From an uncultured Acidobacteriaceae bacterium (lineage in GTDB: Bacteria > Acidobacteriota > Terriglobia > Terriglobales > Acidobacteriaceae): a stretch of 64,000 bases of DNA. Shown piece after piece: positions 52,289 through 62,480 of the stretch. The stretch spans positions 98,933 to 162,932 of the forward strand of contig CAVWAN010000012.1 of assembly GCA_963752985.1 (NCBI GenBank), written 5' to 3'. Every line of letters begins with the position of its first letter. The stretch's first letter is position 1. The notes under the pieces are model-generated. The model was not told where the DNA came from and searched no databases. It was given only the letters and a program-made list of their open reading frames with translations. The position numbers and the translations under genes were made by a program.

Positions 52289-53119
52289 CTATGCGGTGAG
52301 TTGCACCAAGGGCCCCGGGGACGCGATTCCGAACGACTCGAGGAAATCCGCGGCAAATTTCATGCAGTTGGCCCGATCGGGGACCTCGCTAACGATGCGG
52401 CGCGGATACTCGTCGTAAGTGCGGCCATCGAGCAATCTTCCGTTTTTCGCCTTTCTCACGCCGCCCCATTGCTTGAAGAAAAAAGGCACGCGTTGTGCCC
52501 GGCACTGCTTCCGAATGGAGAGGACCCACTCCCGTTTCATCGGACGCGCGCCCGGCCCGCTCTCGCCGCCGACAATCACCCAGGTGATGCCTGACAGGTC
52601 GATTTCGCCGAGGTCTTCCAGCAGCGGCTCAATCGACAGGAAGCGGACTTTCGCAGGAGCCCGCCGTAGATGGTCCACTCGGGGCAAACCATGTTTCCGG
52701 TCTTCAACACTGACGCCCCACCAGATGTTTTCCCGCTCTGCCGCATAACGTAGCTTGCCGCTGAGCAATTGCAGCAATCTCTCCGACCTCTTCGTCAGAA
52801 CCTGATAGGTGTGCCAATCCGCCGTCGCCATCACGCGCGAGACAGCCTCCGCGTAGTCGTCCGGCACTCCCGCTTGGAAGAGGTCGCTCATCGAGTTCAC
52901 GAACACCAGTTTGGGCGAGCGCCAGGCAAATGGCTCTGTCAGCTTCTCCGGTACCAGACGCAGATCAAACCCCTGTTCGTAAGGATGTCCCTTGACCCCG
53001 CGAAAGCGTTCGGCAAACGTTTCGGCATAGCAATGCTTGCAGCCGGGGCTGATCTTGACGCAGCCGCGGACGGGGTTCCACGTCGCGTCGGTCCATTCGA
53101 TGTGAGAATTCAATGACAT
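52289..53119 (-). CDS. three-Cys-motif protein, phage Gp37/Gp68 (DUF5131) family
   Basis: IEWTDATWNPVRGCVKISPGCKHCYAE opening. The later blocks VFVNSMSDLF, WHTYQVLTKR, FLSIEPLL, WVIVGGESG and FFFKQWGG match the family as remembered. Confidence 0.8.
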   Translation of the reverse strand: MSLNSHIEWTDATWNPVRGCVKISPGCKHCYAETFAERFRGVKGHPYEQGFDLRLVPEKLTEPFAWRSPKLVFVNSMSDLFQAGVPDDYAEAVSRVMATADWHTYQVLTKRSERLLQLLSGKLRYAAERENIWWGVSVEDRKHGLPRVDHLRRAPAKVRFLSIEPLLEDLGEIDLSGITWVIVGGESGPGARPMKREWVLSIRKQCRAQRVPFFFKQWGGVRKAKNGRLLDGRTYDEYPRRIVSEVPDRANCMKFAADFLESFGIASPGPLVQLTA

Positions 53120-53124
53120 AGTCT

Positions 53125-53976
53125 TTAGAATAATCCGAGTTGATCGTCGCTGCCTTTGAGCGCCTTATCCCAAAGCTGGTAGGCGAGCGGGTGACGTGAA
53201 AACAATCCGACCGCATAGAGAGGAAAGTTCTTTTCATAAAAAAAGATTTTACGCATTGAATAAAATGGTGGAGGAATATATTTCATCGTCGCCATGCTGG
53301 CGGCGAACTCCTCGGCTAGGAAGCGCGGGAATTCTGCGCCTTTCTGTTTCGCGGCCATCCACCGATCGTGCCAAGACGTCGTTCCTAGCAACTCATCGAT
53401 CTTTGAAGGGTTCTTGATGTAGTGCTGCTCGGCGCGGAGTGCGTCCATGTACAACGCTAGCAACACAATAAAATCGACATATTTCAGCGCGAGGGTCTGG
53501 AGCGTGGAGAACCTGATGCCGATATCATTGGGATCGACGAAGCAGAGACTAAGGACTTTGTGGTTTTTGGAATACTGGGGAATAGCGGCGGAGATCTTAT
53601 CTACATTAGCGTCGCAATCTTCTGGAATGAAAGCGACGTCCGCGGAAGGAGCGTGACGCCTAACCCGAACTCGCAGGGCCTCCAATTTTTCGGGATCCTG
53701 TTCGCAAAATATGTACTTGTCAAAGGGAACCTTAAGCGTAAGAGCCTGAATAGGGGACCCGGCGATAACTCTCTCCGTATCGCGAATGCGGCTGTAGCCA
53801 GCCCCGGCGTACAACTCGATATAAATTCGTTTCTCCCATTTGTCCTTCATTCCAGCCGAAAAGAGAGCTGCATAATATGCGACCAACCTGTGCTTCTCTT
53901 CAGTCCACAGCCCTACGTCGTTGCAACTTAAGCCGTCGGCTTCGACATTGACCGTTTTGTCGGCTGGCACGTTCAC
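53125..53976 (-). CDS. tcmP: three-Cys-motif partner protein (TcmP-like), Rossmann/methyltransferase-like fold
   Basis: Its stop lies 5 nt upstream of the DUF5131 start. WTEEKHRLVAYY, IELYAGAGY, FCEQD and CFVDPND. The start is GTG 53976, or the better-spaced GTG at 53970. Confidence 0.7.
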   Translation of the reverse strand: MNVPADKTVNVEADGLSCNDVGLWTEEKHRLVAYYAALFSAGMKDKWEKRIYIELYAGAGYSRIRDTERVIAGSPIQALTLKVPFDKYIFCEQDPEKLEALRVRVRRHAPSADVAFIPEDCDANVDKISAAIPQYSKNHKVLSLCFVDPNDIGIRFSTLQTLALKYVDFIVLLALYMDALRAEQHYIKNPSKIDELLGTTSWHDRWMAAKQKGAEFPRFLAEEFAASMATMKYIPPPFYSMRKIFFYEKNFPLYAVGLFSRHPLAYQLWDKALKGSDDQLGLF

Positions 53977-54087
53977 TCCAAGATTCTATGAGCCTTGTTC
54001 ATACAAACTTCGGAAAGTATCGCCCCGGGTACCAGTGAAGTAACTGCGCATAGTGATCACGCGCTGCAGCGGTATGTTCACCCACTC

Positions 54088-54125
54088 CCACCCTTCGCGA
54101 AGCGTGCGAATGATGGGGCACCCCC
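54088..54125. repeat. CCCACCCT-hairpin-GATGGGGCACC element, copy 1
   Basis: cccacccttcgcgaagcgtgcgaatgatggggcaccccc. Related to 55324-55361 and 60137-60183. Confidence 0.7.
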
Positions 54126-54233
54126 TGCGTTCGTCCTGAGCGAGATCAAAAGCCTGGGCACCCGCCAGAGTTGAGAGGCGTTCTTGCGGTTATACTCCTC
54201 GTATCTCGCGGACAGAATGGCAGGGATATAACA

Positions 54234-55073
54234 ATGAATGATTTTAGCCTTGAAGCCATGTTGAAAGCCTCCGGAAAACGAATGAGGGACGACCTCGCCG
54301 GACGCTTAATACCTCATCCAGCCGAGCTAGGAACGGACAGGGAGGAGATCATACGTCAGTTTCTGCGTGTTTATTTGCCAAAACGCTTCGAGGTCTCAAG
54401 CGGATTCGTTTTTGACTCGGCGGGCAACGCTAGTAAACAGCTCGATATTGTAATTTCCAATTCTTTGATTTGTCCCCGCTTCGAGACAGCCGGAGGTAAG
54501 AGATTTTTCCCTTGTGAGTCTGTGGTTGCGATCGGCCAGGTGAAATCGTCGCTAACAGCATCTACTGAATTCCAAAAGGCCTTGGCAAACCTAGAATCTG
54601 CGAAATCGCTAGACCGTTCAGCGAAGGGCATGGCCATCGACGATGAGTCCGGCGAGGAGATCGATCCTATTCACAATCACCTGGACCAGATCTTTACCTT
54701 TATGTTCATAACCGGGAAGGCGTTGGCGGGTAGGACAATCGTCGCGGAATTGATAGACCTTGTTCACAGAAAGCCTCCTCACGTTTGGCCCAACATCATA
54801 TTCGCAATGGATAAATATCTCGTTACCTTCTGCTGCGACCGAGGAGTCTGCCCTAATCCGATGGACGCTCGCGGAATAGCTCTGCAGTCGGTCTCCGGGC
54901 AAGACGAGATCCTCATGAGATTCTATCTATTGCTTGGGCGTGCCGTTGAAGTCACCCGAGTGAGCACGCTCCCACACTGGGAATACCTCTCTAAGTTCAC
55001 GCAATGGGAGGCGGAAACTTGGTATTCGTCTACTGACAGCCCCCCACCTTACCTGCACACGCTTCGGATTTAA
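54234..55073 (+). CDS. hypothetical protein with a PD-(D/E)xK-nuclease-like core (DUF6602-like by memory)
   Basis: The ATG is at 54234 (MNDFSLE). GTDREEIIRQFLRVYLPKRFEVSSGFVFDSAGNASKQLDIVISN...ESVVAIGQVKSSL has E...D...(E/Q)xK spacing reminiscent of restriction-endonuclease-like folds. Confidence 0.55.
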   Translation: MNDFSLEAMLKASGKRMRDDLAGRLIPHPAELGTDREEIIRQFLRVYLPKRFEVSSGFVFDSAGNASKQLDIVISNSLICPRFETAGGKRFFPCESVVAIGQVKSSLTASTEFQKALANLESAKSLDRSAKGMAIDDESGEEIDPIHNHLDQIFTFMFITGKALAGRTIVAELIDLVHRKPPHVWPNIIFAMDKYLVTFCCDRGVCPNPMDARGIALQSVSGQDEILMRFYLLLGRAVEVTRVSTLPHWEYLSKFTQWEAETWYSSTDSPPPYLHTLRI

Positions 55074-55148
55074 ACGAAGAGGCACTTATGCGAAGCCGCG
55101 CGAAAGGAAGAAAGACTCTTGAATCGCTGAGTACTGGCGCGTCCGATC

Positions 55149-55230
55149 GAGCGAAAAGGTGCAGGGGTCCTTCGACTCCGCAGAGACTTCACTTCGTGAA
55201 GTCCCTCCTTCGCTCAGGATGACAACTTGG
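55149..55230 (+). repeat. 82-bp direct repeat, copy 1 (upstream of the toxin-antitoxin pair)
   Basis: gagcgaaaaggtgcaggggtccttcgactccgcagagacttcacttcgtgaagtccctccttcgctcaggatgacaacttgg. 78/82 identical to 56118-56199. It contains the internal hairpin gacttcac-ttc-gtgaagtc. Confidence 0.9.
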
Positions 55231-55323
55231 AAATACGGGGACAGACGGAACGTTCCCGGTAACTAGTTTGAATCACACCCCAAAGAGAAGCGCAGGGCAG
55301 CACACACTTCATTCATCCGTGCG

Positions 55324-55361
55324 CCACCCTTCGCAAAAAAGGCGAAGGATGGGGCACCCCC
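55324..55361. repeat. CCCACCCT-hairpin-GATGGGGCACC element, copy 2
   Basis: ccacccttcgcaaaaaaggcgaaggatggggcaccccc, with the inner hairpin ccttcgc-aaaaaag-gcgaagg. Confidence 0.7.
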
Positions 55362-55436
55362 GGTCGTGGTAGTTCCGGCGACTTCCCCCCGTGTCGAGCA
55401 TGATATAAGATGCGAATAAGATGCTATAATCGCATC

Positions 55437-55715
55437 ATGATCGATGTCACCCAAGACATTCATTCCCTGACCACCTTCAAGCGCAACTCCTCGGGCCTGA
55501 TGAAGCACATGAAGAAAACCGGGCGTCCGCTGGTTCTCACCGTGAAAGGCAAGGCCGAGGTTGTCGTTCTCGATGCCAAGGTCTATCAGGAGGTAGCCAG
55601 TCAACTGGACGCCGTGGCGAGCATCCGTCGCGGTCTAGCACAAGCCCGAAAAGGAATGGGTCGGCCGGCAGGCGACGTGTTTGACGACTTGGAGCGCGAG
55701 GATGCGAACGGATAG
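55437..55715 (+). CDS. type II antitoxin, Phd/YefM family
   Basis: 92 aa. The opening IHSLTTFKRNSSGLMKHMKKTGRPLVLTVKGKAEVVVLDAKVY is the typical Phd/YefM fold signature. Its stop abuts the toxin start. Confidence 0.85.
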   Translation: MIDVTQDIHSLTTFKRNSSGLMKHMKKTGRPLVLTVKGKAEVVVLDAKVYQEVASQLDAVASIRRGLAQARKGMGRPAGDVFDDLEREDANG

Positions 55716-56027
55716 ATGACTTACCGCGTCATCGTCACACCCGCAGCCGAGAGCGATCTTAGAACGGCCTATCGCTACATCCGCAGCCAGGCGCCCCGCG
55801 CGGCGCGCGACTGGATCCGGCGTGCGCGCCACACCGCGAAGAGTCTTGCGCACCACCCCGAGCGGTGCCCCATGGCTCCCGAGAGCGCATCATTTGATCA
55901 AACCATTCGCGAACTGCTGTTTGGGTCTGGCAATCGCGGTACCTATCGTTTTCTCTTTGTGGTGTTTGAGGAAGAGAAATCAGTTTACATACTGCACGTA
56001 CGGCATGGATCCATGCTCCCGCTCTGA
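55716..56027 (+). CDS. type II toxin, ParE/RelE superfamily
   Basis: 103 aa. MTYRVIVTPAAESDLRTAYRYI... and YRFLFVV..EKSVYILHVRHG are typical of ParE-like toxins. Confidence 0.85.
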   Translation: MTYRVIVTPAAESDLRTAYRYIRSQAPRAARDWIRRARHTAKSLAHHPERCPMAPESASFDQTIRELLFGSGNRGTYRFLFVVFEEEKSVYILHVRHGSMLPL

Positions 56028-56117
56028 CCTACGGCGGAATATTTCGTCGGGTGAGGGCTTACGCGGTCCTGAAGGGCCGCTCTTCCACGGTAGTTCACAC
56101 CTTCGTGTACTCCTGCT

Positions 56118-56199
56118 GAGCGAAAAGATGCAGGGGTCCTTCGACTCCGCAGAGACTTCACTTCGTGAAGTCCCTGCTCCGCTCAGGATGACAACTTGG
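56118..56199 (+). repeat. 82-bp direct repeat, copy 2 (downstream of the toxin-antitoxin pair)
   Basis: See copy 1. Differences: aaggtg versus aagatg and ccctccttcgctc versus ccctgctccgctc. Confidence 0.9.
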
Positions 56200-56231
56200 G
56201 TAGGGTGGCTAAAAGAGCCGAAAGCAGTGGG

Positions 56232-58643
56232 CTACTGTCTCGCCGTGGGAATCTCTCCGGCTGGCGGGGTCACGATGGGAGCCATTGTTGTCTCGGCCTC
56301 CGAGGGCATCTGCGGCAGCGGGCCTTCGAGGGCTACGGCCAGCACCTGGTCCATATTGTCGACGAAGTGCAGTTTCATGGCGGTGCGCAGATTCTCCGGA
56401 ACCTCGGCTACATCTTTTTCGTTTTCCTGCGGCAGAATCACTTCGAACAATCCGGCGCGATGCGCGGCCAGAAGCTTTTCCTTCAATCCGCCGATGGGAA
56501 GTACTTTGCCGCGCAGCGTGATCTCTCCAGTCATGGCGATATCGCGACGCACCGGAATCCGGCTCAACGCGCTGGCCAGAGCGGTGGCGATGGTGATTCC
56601 GGCCGAAGGTCCATCTTTCGGAATCGCTCCTTCGGGCACGTGTACGTGAATATCCAAGGTGCGGTAGAAATCGCGAGGCAGCCCCAGGCGCGCCGCGCGC
56701 GAACGAATGTAGGACATGGCAGCTTGCGCCGATTCCTGCATCACGTCGCCCAGTTGGCCGGTTAACGTTAGCTTGCCCTTGCCGTCCACCGCCATGGCTT
56801 CGGTGCTCAGAATTGACCCTCCCACCTCGGTCCAGGCGAGGCCAGTTACCAGGCCGATTTCGCTCTTCTCGTGGGCCAGAGTGTCGCGGAATTTCAGCAC
56901 GCCTAGCCAGTCGCCGAGCTTTTCCGGTTCGACCGCGGCCGTGAAATTCGCGCCTTCTTTTACCACCTTGCGCGCAATTTTGCGGCAGATGTTGCCAATT
57001 TCCCGCTCCAGGTTTCGGACGCCTGCTTCGCGGGTATAGCCGCGAATGATCTTGCGGATGGATTCGTCGGAGAACTGCACGTTCTTTTCCGTCAATCCCG
57101 CCTGCAGCATCTGCTTCTTCACCAGAAACTGTTTCGCGATCTCGACCTTTTCCGGTTCGGTGTAGCCGTGCAGGCGCAGCACTTCCATGCGGTCTTGCAA
57201 GGCGGGCGGAACGGTGTGAATTACGTTCGCGGTGGCGATGAAGAAAACCTGGGACAAGTCATACTCGACGTCGAGGTAATGGTCGACAAACATGAAGTTC
57301 TGTTCCGGATCGAGCACCTCGAGCAGAGCCGCCGAGGGATCGCCGCGGAAGTCCATCGACATTTTGTCGACTTCGTCGAGCATGAAGACCGGGTTCTTGG
57401 TGCCGGCCTTCTTCATCATCTGGATGATCTGGCCGGGCAGGGCTCCGATGTAGGTGCGGCGATGGCCGCGGATTTCCGCTTCATCGCGCACGCCGCCGAG
57501 CGACATGCGAACGAACTTGCGGCCGGTCGCTTTGGCGATCGACATTCCCAGCGAGGTCTTGCCCACGCCCGGAGGTCCGACGAAGCACAGAATCGAGCCT
57601 TTGGGATTTTTCACCAACTGGCGGACAGCTAGAAATTCGAGGATGCGCTCCTTGATTTTCTCCAGGCCATAGTGATCTTCGTTCAGAGTTTTTTCAGCAC
57701 GCGTTATGTTGCGGATTTCTTTCGACCGCTTCTTCCACGGCACTGCCAGCAGCCAGTCCAGATAGTTGCGCGAGACGGTGGACTCCGCCGACATGGGCGG
57801 CATGGCTTCCAGCTTTTTCAATTCCTGGATGGCCTTGTCGCGAACCTCCTTGGACATGCCCGCGGATTCGATCTTTTTCTTCAGTTCGTCGAACTCGCTC
57901 TTTTCGCCGCGCCCCAGTTCCTTCTGGATGGCCTTGATTTTCTCGTTGAGGTAATACTCTTTCTGCGCCTTCTCCATCTGCCGCTTGACGCGCGACTGGA
58001 TGGTGCGGTCCATGTTGAGCTTTTCGATTTCCACGTCGAGCACATCGCCGATCCGGTTCAATCTTTCGGCGGGATCGAAGATTTCGAGCAGTCCCTGCTT
58101 TTCTTCGATGGCGAGCTGCAGGTTGGCGGCGATGGTGTCGGTCAGCTTGGCCGGGTCTTCCATGCGCACGGCGGCGATCATGGTTTCGTAGTTCAGCGAC
58201 TGGCACAGCTTCACGTATTGCTCGAACAAGCCGGTGACGCGCTGCATGCCGGCTTCAATCGGCGCCGTGGTTTCGGTGGCATAACGGGCGACTCGCACGG
58301 TGGCTTGCAGATAGCCTTCGGTCTCGACGACCTGCAGGATTTTGCCGCGTTCGATACCTTCAACCAATACTTTAATATTTCCGTCGGGCAGCTTGAGGCT
58401 CTGCACGATATTGACGATGGTGCCAACCTGGAAAATGTCCCCGGCTTTGGGCTCGTCGATCGAGGCATCGTGCTGGGTGGCAAGAAATATCTTCTTATCG
58501 CTGGCCAGAGCTTCTTCGAGCGCACGCACGCTCGACTCCCGGCCCACCACGAACGGAGTCATCATGTAGGGGAAGATGACCACGTCCCGAATGGGCATCA
58601 TCGGCAGTTTCTTGCTCTCAAACTTTTCCTTGGGGTTCGACAA
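56232..58643 (-). CDS. lon: ATP-dependent Lon protease
   Basis: [39 protein letters not shown] and [10 protein letters not shown]. The start is proposed at TTG 58643 (RBS gggaga upstream), with ATG 58601 as an alternative. The track ORF extends to 58760. Confidence 0.95.
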   Translation of the reverse strand: MSNPKEKFESKKLPMMPIRDVVIFPYMMTPFVVGRESSVRALEEALASDKKIFLATQHDASIDEPKAGDIFQVGTIVNIVQSLKLPDGNIKVLVEGIERGKILQVVETEGYLQATVRVARYATETTAPIEAGMQRVTGLFEQYVKLCQSLNYETMIAAVRMEDPAKLTDTIAANLQLAIEEKQGLLEIFDPAERLNRIGDVLDVEIEKLNMDRTIQSRVKRQMEKAQKEYYLNEKIKAIQKELGRGEKSEFDELKKKIESAGMSKEVRDKAIQELKKLEAMPPMSAESTVSRNYLDWLLAVPWKKRSKEIRNITRAEKTLNEDHYGLEKIKERILEFLAVRQLVKNPKGSILCFVGPPGVGKTSLGMSIAKATGRKFVRMSLGGVRDEAEIRGHRRTYIGALPGQIIQMMKKAGTKNPVFMLDEVDKMSMDFRGDPSAALLEVLDPEQNFMFVDHYLDVEYDLSQVFFIATANVIHTVPPALQDRMEVLRLHGYTEPEKVEIAKQFLVKKQMLQAGLTEKNVQFSDESIRKIIRGYTREAGVRNLEREIGNICRKIARKVVKEGANFTAAVEPEKLGDWLGVLKFRDTLAHEKSEIGLVTGLAWTEVGGSILSTEAMAVDGKGKLTLTGQLGDVMQESAQAAMSYIRSRAARLGLPRDFYRTLDIHVHVPEGAIPKDGPSAGITIATALASALSRIPVRRDIAMTGEITLRGKVLPIGGLKEKLLAAHRAGLFEVILPQENEKDVAEVPENLRTAMKLHFVDNMDQVLAVALEGPLPQMPSEAETTMAPIVTPPAGEIPTARQ

Positions 58644-58812
58644 CTCGATCTCCCGTCTCTGGTCCCGTTTTTCCTTGACAGCCTGTGTGAAAACCCAGCG
58701 CCTAAAGGCGCATTCATGACGCAGCGCTTGCGGTATGCCTAAAGGCATACCCTGATACAAATCCTACCTGATACAAATCCTATCTGCGCCACGGCGAGTT
58801 ACCTTGCCGCAG

Positions 58813-60090
<1,278 letters not shown>

Positions 60091-60136
60091 TCGGCCTTAC
60101 TCCTTGTTTGGTACTGCGGTCGCCGTATCGCCTGAC

Positions 60137-60183
60137 CCACCCTAACGTCGCAAAAACCGCGACGTTAGGATGGGGCACCTGCC
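60137..60183. repeat. CCCACCCT-hairpin-GATGGGGCACC element, copy 3 (clpP-clpX spacer)
   Basis: cccaccctaacgtcgcaaaaaccgcgacgttaggatggggcacctgcc, with the inner hairpin cctaacgtcgc/gcgacgttagg. Confidence 0.7.
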
Positions 60184-60217
60184 GCGTCTCTACACTACGA
60201 ACTGGCGATCATACCCT

Positions 60218-60802
60218 CTATCGTGTCTTATAGATGATATCGTCGATGATTCCGTATTCCTTCGCCTGCTGCGAATTCATGATGAAGTCGCGCTCCACGT
60301 CTTTCTCCACTTTATCCAGCTTTTGGCCGCTGTGCTTAGCCAGTAACTGATTAGTAATCTCGCGCATGCGCAGAATTTCGCGGGCGTGGATGTCAATATC
60401 GGTTGCCTGGCCGGAGAGTCCGCCCATGGAAGGCTGGTGGATGAGGATGCGCGAATTGGGCAGCGCCAGGCGTTTCTTGGCCTGGCCGGCAGAAAGCAGC
60501 AGCGCCGCCATGGAAGCCGCCTGACCGATGCAGATGGTGGTCACGTCGTTCTTCACATACTGCATGGTGTCGTAGATCGCCATGCCGGCCGTGATCGACC
60601 CGCCCGGCGAGTTGATGTAGAGCTGAATGTCTTTCTCCGGGTCTTCCTGCGCCAGGAACAGCATCTGGGCGATGACCAGGTTGGCGATATTGTCATCGAT
60701 CGGCGTGCCAATAAAGATGATGTTGTCGCGCAGCAGCCGGGAATAAATGTCATAGGCCCGCTCGCCTCGGCCCGTTGACTCGATTACCATCGGTACCAGC
60801 AT
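60218..60802 (-). CDS. clpP: ATP-dependent Clp protease proteolytic subunit ClpP
   Basis: [22 protein letters not shown] (Ser), IHQP (His) and DRDFIM-type [15 protein letters not shown]. Confidence 0.97.
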   Translation of the reverse strand: MLVPMVIESTGRGERAYDIYSRLLRDNIIFIGTPIDDNIANLVIAQMLFLAQEDPEKDIQLYINSPGGSITAGMAIYDTMQYVKNDVTTICIGQAASMAALLLSAGQAKKRLALPNSRILIHQPSMGGLSGQATDIDIHAREILRMREITNQLLAKHSGQKLDKVEKDVERDFIMNSQQAKEYGIIDDIIYKTR

Positions 60803-60888
60803 TATTCAGCCTTTCCACACCCCTGTCCGGAGGTCGGTCTCGTCGGCTCTGGGGAGGATTGAAATGGTCCGCATCATCATTATTGTTA

Positions 60889-62190
60889 TTACGCGGACTG
60901 GTGGTACAAAAATTCGAGGGTCTTTTCGTTGCGGATTCTTGTTCGTATCCTATCGAGGCCCCCATCCCGTGTCAAACGAGCGCGTACAGCTTCAGACGTC
61001 TGTTTAGATTGTCTGGCCAGCGCCTCCAGTTCCCGATCCATTTCTTCATCGCTGACCTGGATATTCTCTTCCTCCGCCACTCTTTCGAGCAGCAACGCGG
61101 CTTTCACATCGTGAACCGCCTGCTCGCGCTGGCCCGCGCGCAGACGTTGCAAATCCATTTTCTTCATCTGCTCGGCGGTCAGGCCCTGCGCCGCCAGCGC
61201 CCTGAGTCCACGCTCGATCCGGATGTCGATCTGTTGTTCGATCAGCGAATCGGGAACTTCAAAATCGTTGCGTTGAATCAGCTCTCCGACCAGCTTTTCC
61301 TTGGCGGCATGTTCGGCTTCATGCTTGCGCTCGGATTCGATTTGCTCGCGCACCGCCTTCCGCAGGTCGTCCACCGTTTGAAATTGGCCGAACTGCTTGG
61401 CGAACTCGTCGTTCAATTCCGGCAGACTCTTCTGTTTGATCGAACCCACCTTGACGGTATAGCTGAACGTCTTTCCCGCCAGGCGCTTGTCCTGCGTATC
61501 TTCGGGATAGTTCACATCGAACGTGCGCTCGTCCCCGGCGTTCGTGCCGCGCAGGTGTTCGGTGAATTCCGGCATGGTGTTCTGGCCCGCAATTTCGACC
61601 AGCACTTCATCCATGTGCACGGGCTGGCCTTCGCCGGACTTGGAATCGCCGGCTTTCGGATTGCCGTCGAGCGAGACCTGGGCGAAATCGCCATCGGCGA
61701 GGGCGCGGCCCTCCACTGGATTGAAGCTGGCATGACGCTCGCGCAGATCGGCCAGCGCCTGTTCCACATCGGCCTCGGAAACCGCGATCTCCGGCTTATC
61801 GGCGCGCAGTTCCTTATAGCCTTCCAGCTTGATTTCCGGTAGTACTTCGAAGGCAGCTTTAAACCGCAGCGGCTCGCCATCGTGCAAGTGCAGGTCGGTC
61901 ACCCGGGGCTGCGATACCGGGTGCAGGCTCAGTCTCTCGGCCTCCTGGCGGAAGAAGCGCGGGATCAGAGCTTCGACCATGTCGGTCTTGATCTCTTCGG
62001 AAAAACGCTGGCGAATAATCGATGCCGGAACATGGCCGCGCCGGAAGCCGGGAATGCGCGCCACCTTCTGATACTTCTGGATCAGCGTGTCGGTCTGCCG
62101 GGCGACATCCGCTACCGGAATCTCGACCACGATCTCGCGTTTGGTGGCGCTTTCTTTGGTCGCGTTTTCGTTGATATCAGTGGGGCTCAC
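60889..62190 (-). CDS. tig: trigger factor
   Basis: IPGFRRGHVP, a central FKBP-like domain and a C-terminal helical arm. The start is proposed at GTG 62190 (ggaaagg RBS 5 nt upstream). The track ORF extends to 62298. Confidence 0.9.
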   Translation of the reverse strand: MSPTDINENATKESATKREIVVEIPVADVARQTDTLIQKYQKVARIPGFRRGHVPASIIRQRFSEEIKTDMVEALIPRFFRQEAERLSLHPVSQPRVTDLHLHDGEPLRFKAAFEVLPEIKLEGYKELRADKPEIAVSEADVEQALADLRERHASFNPVEGRALADGDFAQVSLDGNPKAGDSKSGEGQPVHMDEVLVEIAGQNTMPEFTEHLRGTNAGDERTFDVNYPEDTQDKRLAGKTFSYTVKVGSIKQKSLPELNDEFAKQFGQFQTVDDLRKAVREQIESERKHEAEHAAKEKLVGELIQRNDFEVPDSLIEQQIDIRIERGLRALAAQGLTAEQMKKMDLQRLRAGQREQAVHDVKAALLLERVAEEENIQVSDEEMDRELEALARQSKQTSEAVRARLTRDGGLDRIRTRIRNEKTLEFLYHQSA

Positions 62191-62342
62191 AATTACCTTT
62201 CCAAAGCGGCAGCGGCAGCAGAGTCGGAAGGAAATTGCTCGGCTGCGACGCTTTATGCCGCAGGCTTGAGTGTAAAGACTCCCTAAGAGCAACGTCAAAC
62301 GGCGGAGGGGGATGCCCTAGCCACCAAAGTAACGAGGGTTCT

Positions 62343-62459
62343 GTGTAGCGCGGACGCCCTCGTCCGCGAAAGCGTGCAGCGAATACAATTCCGTGGGGCG
62401 AGAGTTCCCCACCCCAAAAGCAACAGCAACAGCCGCGGACGAGGGCGTCCGCGCCACAC
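62343..62459 (+). repeat. 117-bp element with 25/26-bp terminal inverted repeats, copy A (upstream of udg)
   Basis: gtgtagcgcggacgccctcgtccgcg ... (caacag)n ... cgcggacgagggcgtccgcgccacac. It shares its ends and flanking internal blocks with copy B. Confidence 0.9.
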
Positions 62460-62480
62460 GAACACATACAATTAAGGCTC

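Noticed and set aside
52289-53976. Prophage, suggested by the family name phage Gp37/Gp68
   Set aside because: No integrase, terminase, capsid, tail or lysis genes and no att-like repeats are visible anywhere in the window. The pair looks like a stand-alone cellular cassette.
55094-55231. Small ORF (about 45 codons, MRSRAKGRK...LLRSG) between the nuclease-like gene and the antitoxin
   Set aside because: It is made up almost wholly of the 82-bp repeat element. An equivalent pseudo-ORF appears in the second copy, so it is a repeat-derived artefact.
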